Part shown: piece by piece, positions 56,064 to 64,000 of the stretch
Numbering within the stretch: the first letter of the stretch is position 1
Layout: the number at the start of each line of letters is the position of its first letter
Source: the human T2T-CHM13v2.0 reference genome, Homo sapiens
Direction: 5' to 3' (one strand)
Assembly (NCBI RefSeq): GCF_009914755.1
Contig: NC_060942.1
DNA length: 64,000 nucleotides
Program-made: the position numbers and the translations under genes
The notes under the pieces: model-generated
Databases searched by the model: none
Told to the model about the DNA's origin: nothing
Seen by the model: only the letters and a program-made list of their open reading frames with translations

Positions 56064-58740
56064 CAAGTTGAGCATCCCTAATTTGAAAATCCATTAGAAA
56101 TGAATTTGAAAAATTTTGAGTCCTGACATGATGCCACAAGTAGAAAATTCCACACTCGATCTCATGTGATGGTCATAGTCAAAGTGCAGGCTCACAACAC
56201 ACGATTTATTTAGCATTCCCAAGGAAAAAAGAACCTCCTGCCAGTTTTCAGCTGTGATATATATTTTCCACACATGCCCAGATCCCTCCATGCAAGCATG
56301 CCCACAAAGGGCAATAAAATGGCATGTGTGCAGGCTGGATGCACCAATGGGAGGTTCCCCACAATGTCCACATGGGCCAAGAGATACATGCATTACTCAT
56401 TGTGTGTGTTTGCTTATTCTGTGCTCTGTGGTATAAAGGTATTGTTAAAATGTCCAAAAGGAATGCAGATACCTCCTTGGGTAACAGTGATAAAAAAGAG
56501 AAGTCATTTATATATACCTATAGCACAGAATGAAGCTGTTGGAGAAACTGGGCAGTGGCGTAAGTGTGAACTGTCTTACAAAAGGGTATGGTGTTAGAAT
56601 GATCACCATAGATGACCTGAAGAAACAGAAGGATAAACTGTCGAAGTTCTGTGTGGAAAGCAATGAGCAGAAGTTACTGAAAAATAGGAAAACATTGCAT
56701 GAAGCTAAAAATGAAGATCTCAATTGTGTATAGAGTGGATCCATCAGTGATGCAGTGAACACATGCCACTTAATGGTATGCTGATCATTAAACAAGCAAA
56801 GATCTATCATAAACTGAAAATGGAAGGGAGCTGCATATTTTCAACAGGGTGATTGAAGAAATTTAAGAAAAGACACAACATTAAATTTTTAAAGATTTGT
56901 GGTGATAAAGCTCTGCTGGCCACAAAGCAGTAGAGAAATTCATTGACAAGTTTGCCAAGGTCACTGCTGATGAAAATTTGATGCCAGAACATGTCTATAA
57001 TGTGGATGAAAAAACATTACTGTTTGTAGTTACAGCCCCAGAAAGACACTGACTAGAGCTGATGAGACAGCTCCTATGGGAAATACGGGTGCCAAGGACA
57101 GAATAACCATGCTGGGCTGTGCTAATGCTGCAGGCACACATAAATGAAATTTTGCTGTGCTAAGCAAATGCATCCTCACTATTTTAAAAGAGTGCATTTC
57201 TTACCATTCCATTATTATGCTAACAAAAAGCCATGGATCACCATATCATCTTTTCTGATTAGTTTCATAAACATTTTGTACTGGGGACTTATGCTTACTT
57301 CACAGAAGCTGGACTAGATGATGATGGCAAGATTTTGTTTTCCTCGACTGTTCTGCTGATCTTCCAGCTGAAATTCTCATAAAAAATAATGATTATGCCA
57401 CGTACTTTCCCTCAAATGTGACTTCATTAATTTAGGATATCCTTAGATCAATGAGGAATCAATTCTTAGATCCATTAATAAAGGATATTCTTAGATCAAT
57501 GAGGAATAAGTGTTAAAAACACTTTTTTGAACAGCATGCTAGCAGCAGTGAAGTTTTCAAAAGCAGTTTAGCATGAAGGATGTTCAGCATGAAGGATATA
57601 CTACTGCCAACACTGGAAACACAGTGACTAAAGACACAGCTGTGCATGCCTGGCACAACCCCTAACCTCTGAATATGTTTAGTGATGATGGTGAACAAGT
57701 GGTGACTTTGAAGGATTCTGTATGTCAAGTGAGAAGAAAATGATGTCTGACCTCCTTGTAAATATAAAAATTGTTTGCATGTTTGTCTTCAGAGTCCATC
57801 AATGAGCTGGAAGAAGTGGATATTGAAGTTTTTAACATTGGTGAAGAGGCCCCAGTTGTTCATTCATGAACCAATGGCAAATTGAAATAGCTAAAATGTT
57901 TCTGAATCAAGGTGATCTTATATAAGTGATAATGAAGATGATAACACTGTAGAAAAAGTGCCTAGAGATGACATGGCGAAAATATGTGATGGGCTTATTG
58001 AAGTGTAGATCAGTGCACATTCAAAACAGAACAAGAAATCATATTAGTTTATAAAAGCAAAGATTTCTAAGACAAAAACGCTTGTTAATGAGGCAGATGA
58101 TTGTGGAGAAAACATTAAAAGCCCATCCAGAAGAATGCCTCCTCATCCCTAGAGGACTCGCTTCTGGACCCTCAACTACTTTTGATGTTTATTCTCTCCC
58201 CCCAAAATAAAATATAGTGTATAGTAGCCTTTTAATCAAAACACAACATTGTAGGGGGAGACTGTAGCAGATGAGACAGATATTCTGGTGATGCCACTGT
58301 ACTTAGTTACCTGGAACATGTTATGCTTTTTCATTGTATAAATGGCATGTCATGTTTTTTTCCTGTTAAGTACTTATTTGTGAATAGGTGTAGGAAAATG
58401 ATTGCATATTTGTAGCATATAAATTCAGAGTCAGGAGTGGTGGTGGTGCCAAACTAGCACTGATCACCCACATGGGTGGCTAAGATAGTGACACCTTTGC
58501 TTTCTGATGGTTCAGTATTCACACAAACTTTGTTTCTAGCACAAAATTATTTAAACTATTGTATAAAATTACCTTCATGCTATATATAAATTGTGTATAC
58601 GAAACCTAAATGAATCTCATGTGCAGACTTGGGTTCCATCCTTGAGATATGTCATTATGTATATGTAAATGTTCCAAAATATAAAAACAATCTGAAACAC
58701 TGCTGGTCCCAGACATTTTGGATAAGGGATACTCAAACTG
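56064..58740 (+). mobile_element. Near full-length Tigger4 (Zombi) pogo-family DNA transposon fossil
   Basis: TA|caagttgagcatccctaat ... ataagggatactcaaactg|TA terminal inverted repeats with TA TSD; internal broken transposase. Confidence 0.85.
56450..58200 (+). pseudogene. Degenerate Tigger4 transposase (CENP-B/Jerky-like HTH plus DDE)
   Basis: MSKRNADTSLGNSDKK, then frameshifted KLLEKLGSGVSVNCLTKGYGVRMITIDDLKKQKDKL...RKTLHEAKNEDL (Jerky/TIGD-like HTH) and VYNVDE near 56993; many stops and frameshifts; end coordinate approximate. Confidence 0.75.
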
Positions 58741-59199
58741 TATAGAACTTAAGATACTTCAGAGCACTTGTCTTGAGTACGGTAGTCTGTGAGCTCACTG
58801 GGGTTCATCGCCAGGCCTTTCGTGCCTAGCATAGTATCTGGTACTACTTAAACTATAAATGAATGGACTGGGTAACTTGAATTGTCTTCTAGAAGATGTC
58901 TCTGTCTTCAGTCTTTCCTGTCTCTAATTTGGTAAATATTGTGCTAACTAATTAATTTTCCCAAAGCTCCACTTCAGAGTATCCACGTGTGTCTTCCTGA
59001 TACTAAGCTGAACACAACAAACTTCTTCACCCTCCATTATGTCCTCTTCTTGGACTCAGATCCCCAACTGCAGTTGGGCTAGACTCTTCTTATGCCAGCA
59101 GAAGGCCATGCTCACACCACTCCTCCCCCTTCCTCATTTAGTCTATCAGCCTGCCTATTGTCTCCATTCTTCAGCTTTAACTTCTCTCACACCTGATTG

Positions 59200-61005
<1,806 letters not shown>

Positions 61006-62679
61006 CATGCTTGGACTCTTGTAGATCACTTCAACCAAGTTCACTCTGTAGTGTTTGTTCTCTGAATTCCCAGGACCGTCATTAAGCAAATATTTTTGAG
61101 CAGCCTCGTTGGCACCATGTAGGCAAGGAAGAAGCTGCTTGTTACTAGAAGTTTATAGTCTGTTTGGAAGACCACACACATGTGCGCAAAAACAGCACTC
61201 CACCACAGGGCAGCGATGCATGGGGGATTAACTGGATTACACAGGCAGTGGTGCTGTCTGGGCATGGATCACCACCTTCCATACCCGTGGGTCGGCGTCT
61301 CCATCATCTCTCATGTTTTCTAGGTGTGGAAGTTCTTTTCCAAACTAAATTGTAAGTGTCTGAAAAACAGAGGCATTGGTCATCTCTTTGGGTTGAATAT
61401 TCCTTGACCAATAGGCATTTAAAAAATGATCACAGCTTAATATATGGCTATTAGAGAAAATTCTGAAATGCAGCAATAAGCACCTATCAGTGTTAACATT
61501 TTGATTTCATTCTATTCTGAAACCAATGTTTTAAAAATCATTTCTTAATGCTCATATATTTTAGGATATATGTGTAAAATCTAGCACATTGCCAATTTGG
61601 AAGATTTTTTTCCACATTAATTATCAATAAATTTCTCCTTCCTGAGTGCCTTATCTACATATGTGCATAAATTTCAGTTCTGAATGATTTTTATAAACAC
61701 TGTCTCGCCTGTCCAGTGTTTTTTCCAAGTGCCTTTGCCAGACAGTCAATTCTCTGGTATATTAATATTAGTGATTAGCTTGAGTGGTTTCTTGAGAGCT
61801 TGTTCTCACTTTTTCACCATGAAGTCATGTGTGAATCTAGTTTTAGTTAAAGTAATAAACATTTGTTACATGCTTGGAAAAACTTTCTGACTAGACATGA
61901 GCTCATCTAAATGTTCACTTTTCACATATGCTGGTGGAAAAGGATATGGAGGGAGAGAGAATTATTTTTTATTTCCTTTATACATATGAGTGTAAAGTAA
62001 TTTTCCAAAAACTCATGATATTGTCCCATTTTCTTTCTTCCAAAGCCATGATTATCTTGAAGTCTGAGTTAACACAGCTGTCTTTCATTACGTTCAGGGC
62101 GCAGACATCACTCACCCACCCTTCCCCCCAGGTCAGCTCTGACCCTGAAGAGCTCTTTCCTGGTTCAAAGGGAGCCTTTGCTGAGCCTGGCCACATTTAC
62201 CTGGTCCCCCATCCATATAATTGAAAAATGCCATAAAAGTCAAAATAAGGGGCTGATTTCATGTAGGAACAGGAGAATTATGCCAGTTCATCTACATTAT
62301 TTTTTCTCTTTTGGAGATAAGCCATGGTTGCTGACTTTTCCTATAATAATAACCTTTCATTATTCCATTGAGCTTTCTACCATTTACATCACTGAGGTTT
62401 TTTATTTTTGCCCTGTTGTGATCATTTAAGATGAATGTTTCAGCTTTATCCTAGATGCGTTTGAGACAAGGCACTGTCCAATTGAGGAAATCTCCCAATC
62501 TCAGTTGAGGAAAACAATGGTGGAAAAATCCCTCTCAGCTTGGTACTATGAAAAAAATGACTGGGTTTGGGTCTGGCTAGTTAAATGATCTTGCCAATGT
62601 TTTTTTTTTTTTTTTTCTTTTCTTTTTGCCACTCCTGAGTCTTAGTGTCTTTATCTGTAAAGAAAAGCTACCATTAAAT

Positions 62680-62846
62680 CAGTGGTTCTTGAACAGGCAA
62701 CCCTTGAGGATTTCCTGGGGAATTTAATAGAGCCTGGGCCCCACCCCAGAAATTTGGATTAAATCCATCTGGGTAAGGTCCTGCTTTCTGGTCCTTCTTA
62801 AAGCTCTCCAGATGATTCTAATGTGAAGGAGTCTGGGGTGAGAACC
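62680..62846. mobile_element. MER5-like MITE
   Basis: cagtggttctt ... gagaaccg termini; gggccccaccccaga and ctctccagatgattctaatgtg internal motifs. Confidence 0.65.
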
Positions 62847-63680
62847 GTCTGAGCTCTTCAGAATCACCTGCTTCTGAGCTTGAGAAACAGGGCCTCCCGC
62901 TAGAGATTCCTAATCAGGAGGGCCGTAGTGGGGCTAACAAGTTCCTAGGCAATGCCCTTGCTGCCAGTCTCTGTTGGCTGATAGGTCTGGAGACTTCTGT
63001 CTGAGAACCACCGGATGAGATGACCCCTGAAGTTTCTTCCATGTCCTGCCTTCTGTGATCAGGTCTGCAAGCCAGCCAAGGCGGTCCTTTCGAGGGATTG
63101 CGTGGCTGCTCCAGGTTAATGGCCAACCCTGCACCCTGCTTCCATGCTTGTCCTACAGGCAGCACAACTACTGGAGGTTGGATAAACTGCTTCCTGTGGT
63201 TCTCAGCCCTTGCAAGAGCCTTTTCTGTAATCTCTGTCCCAAGGGCTATCTTTGGAACACATTAGTGGCTTTGAGTTCCTCACCTGATAGTCTTTGCTGC
63301 AATCAAATGTTTCCTGCAGTAGAAAACCAGCAAGCTTCTCCGTGGCCAGTCCCTTGGGACCGTGGGGGAGTAGAGCCTGGTGTTTCTTGAAGAATGAAAA
63401 ACAAGGCACTGTAAATATTTCTGGCAGTGAGGAGATTCATTTGCCTTATCTTTATTAGATTGCCCAGAAGGCAGCAATAACTGGTGTTTGGCAAAGGACA
63501 ATGTTAGGACTGGTTGTAAAATTCTTTTGGCAACAGTTGATATGCTTCATTTGAATACAGCAGAGCAATCTGTAGGGTCCATTCTGGCTTTAAAGGCTTG
63601 TACATAGTTTTAGCAGCACAGCTGGGATGGAAGGTGGACAGGGACAGTATTTGAAGTATTTTTGTTTTCTTTCCTGCCAG

Positions 63681-63786
63681 GATGACAAGGATTTGGTGCA
63701 TGAATTTGTAGTGGCTGAAGGTCTGACATGTTTGATCAAGGTGGGAGCTGAGGCTGATCAGAACTATCAGAACTACATCTTAAGGG
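63681..63786 (+). CDS. FHOD3: FHOD3 internal coding exon (106 nt; probably exon 5), GBD/FH3 armadillo-like region
   Basis: Acceptor tttgttttctttcctgccag| and donor GGG|gtaagt. Translates [35 protein letters not shown](G), in frame with the previous exon. Confidence 0.96.
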
Positions 63787-64000
63787 GTAAGTCATGACTG
63801 GGCATGCAGCAGCTGCCCCAGCTGCAGGGGGGATCTGGGTTCACCTTCAGGAACTTAACTACTGAGAGCTTTTTAAAAGACTTCGATTTGAGAGTAAGGT
63901 GGTAAAGACACCCTATGGCAAAAAAACATCTGCATCAGGTTTTACCAGTTCCTAGTAATTAGCAACTGTGCTAATTTTTACTGACTTTCACCTGGAGTTA

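Overview
This is primate (almost certainly human) intronic DNA from the formin gene FHOD3, + strand. Only two coding exons are present: 53189-53256 (EKLYNSSGRDLRRALFSLKQIFQ) and 63681-63786 ([35 protein letters not shown]), from the N-terminal GBD/FH3 region; exon numbers 4 and 5 are from recall. The rest is intron filled with about 12 Alus, L1 fragments of many ages, a solo ERV1 (MER4-group/MER39-like) LTR, MER5 MITEs, MIR/L2, microsatellites and a near full-length Tigger4/Zombi transposon fossil. I found no new gene system, and the supplied ORFs are repeat-derived or chance. The most interesting signals are structural: (1) four 60-122 bp templated insertions between 41 and 55 kb, each with its partner copy 1.1-1.7 kb away, plus snap-back patchwork scars; (2) a ~1.9 kb almost pure A/T minisatellite grown from an Alu tail, inside that Alu's target-site duplication (TSD); (3) a U1-snRNA-like 10-mer able to fold back on the first exon's splice donor; (4) an inverted L1PA pair just downstream of that exon; (5) a 174-nt two-exon cassette that would give a stop-free circular ORF if back-spliced. 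Repeat subfamily names are from visual recognition, not database searches.
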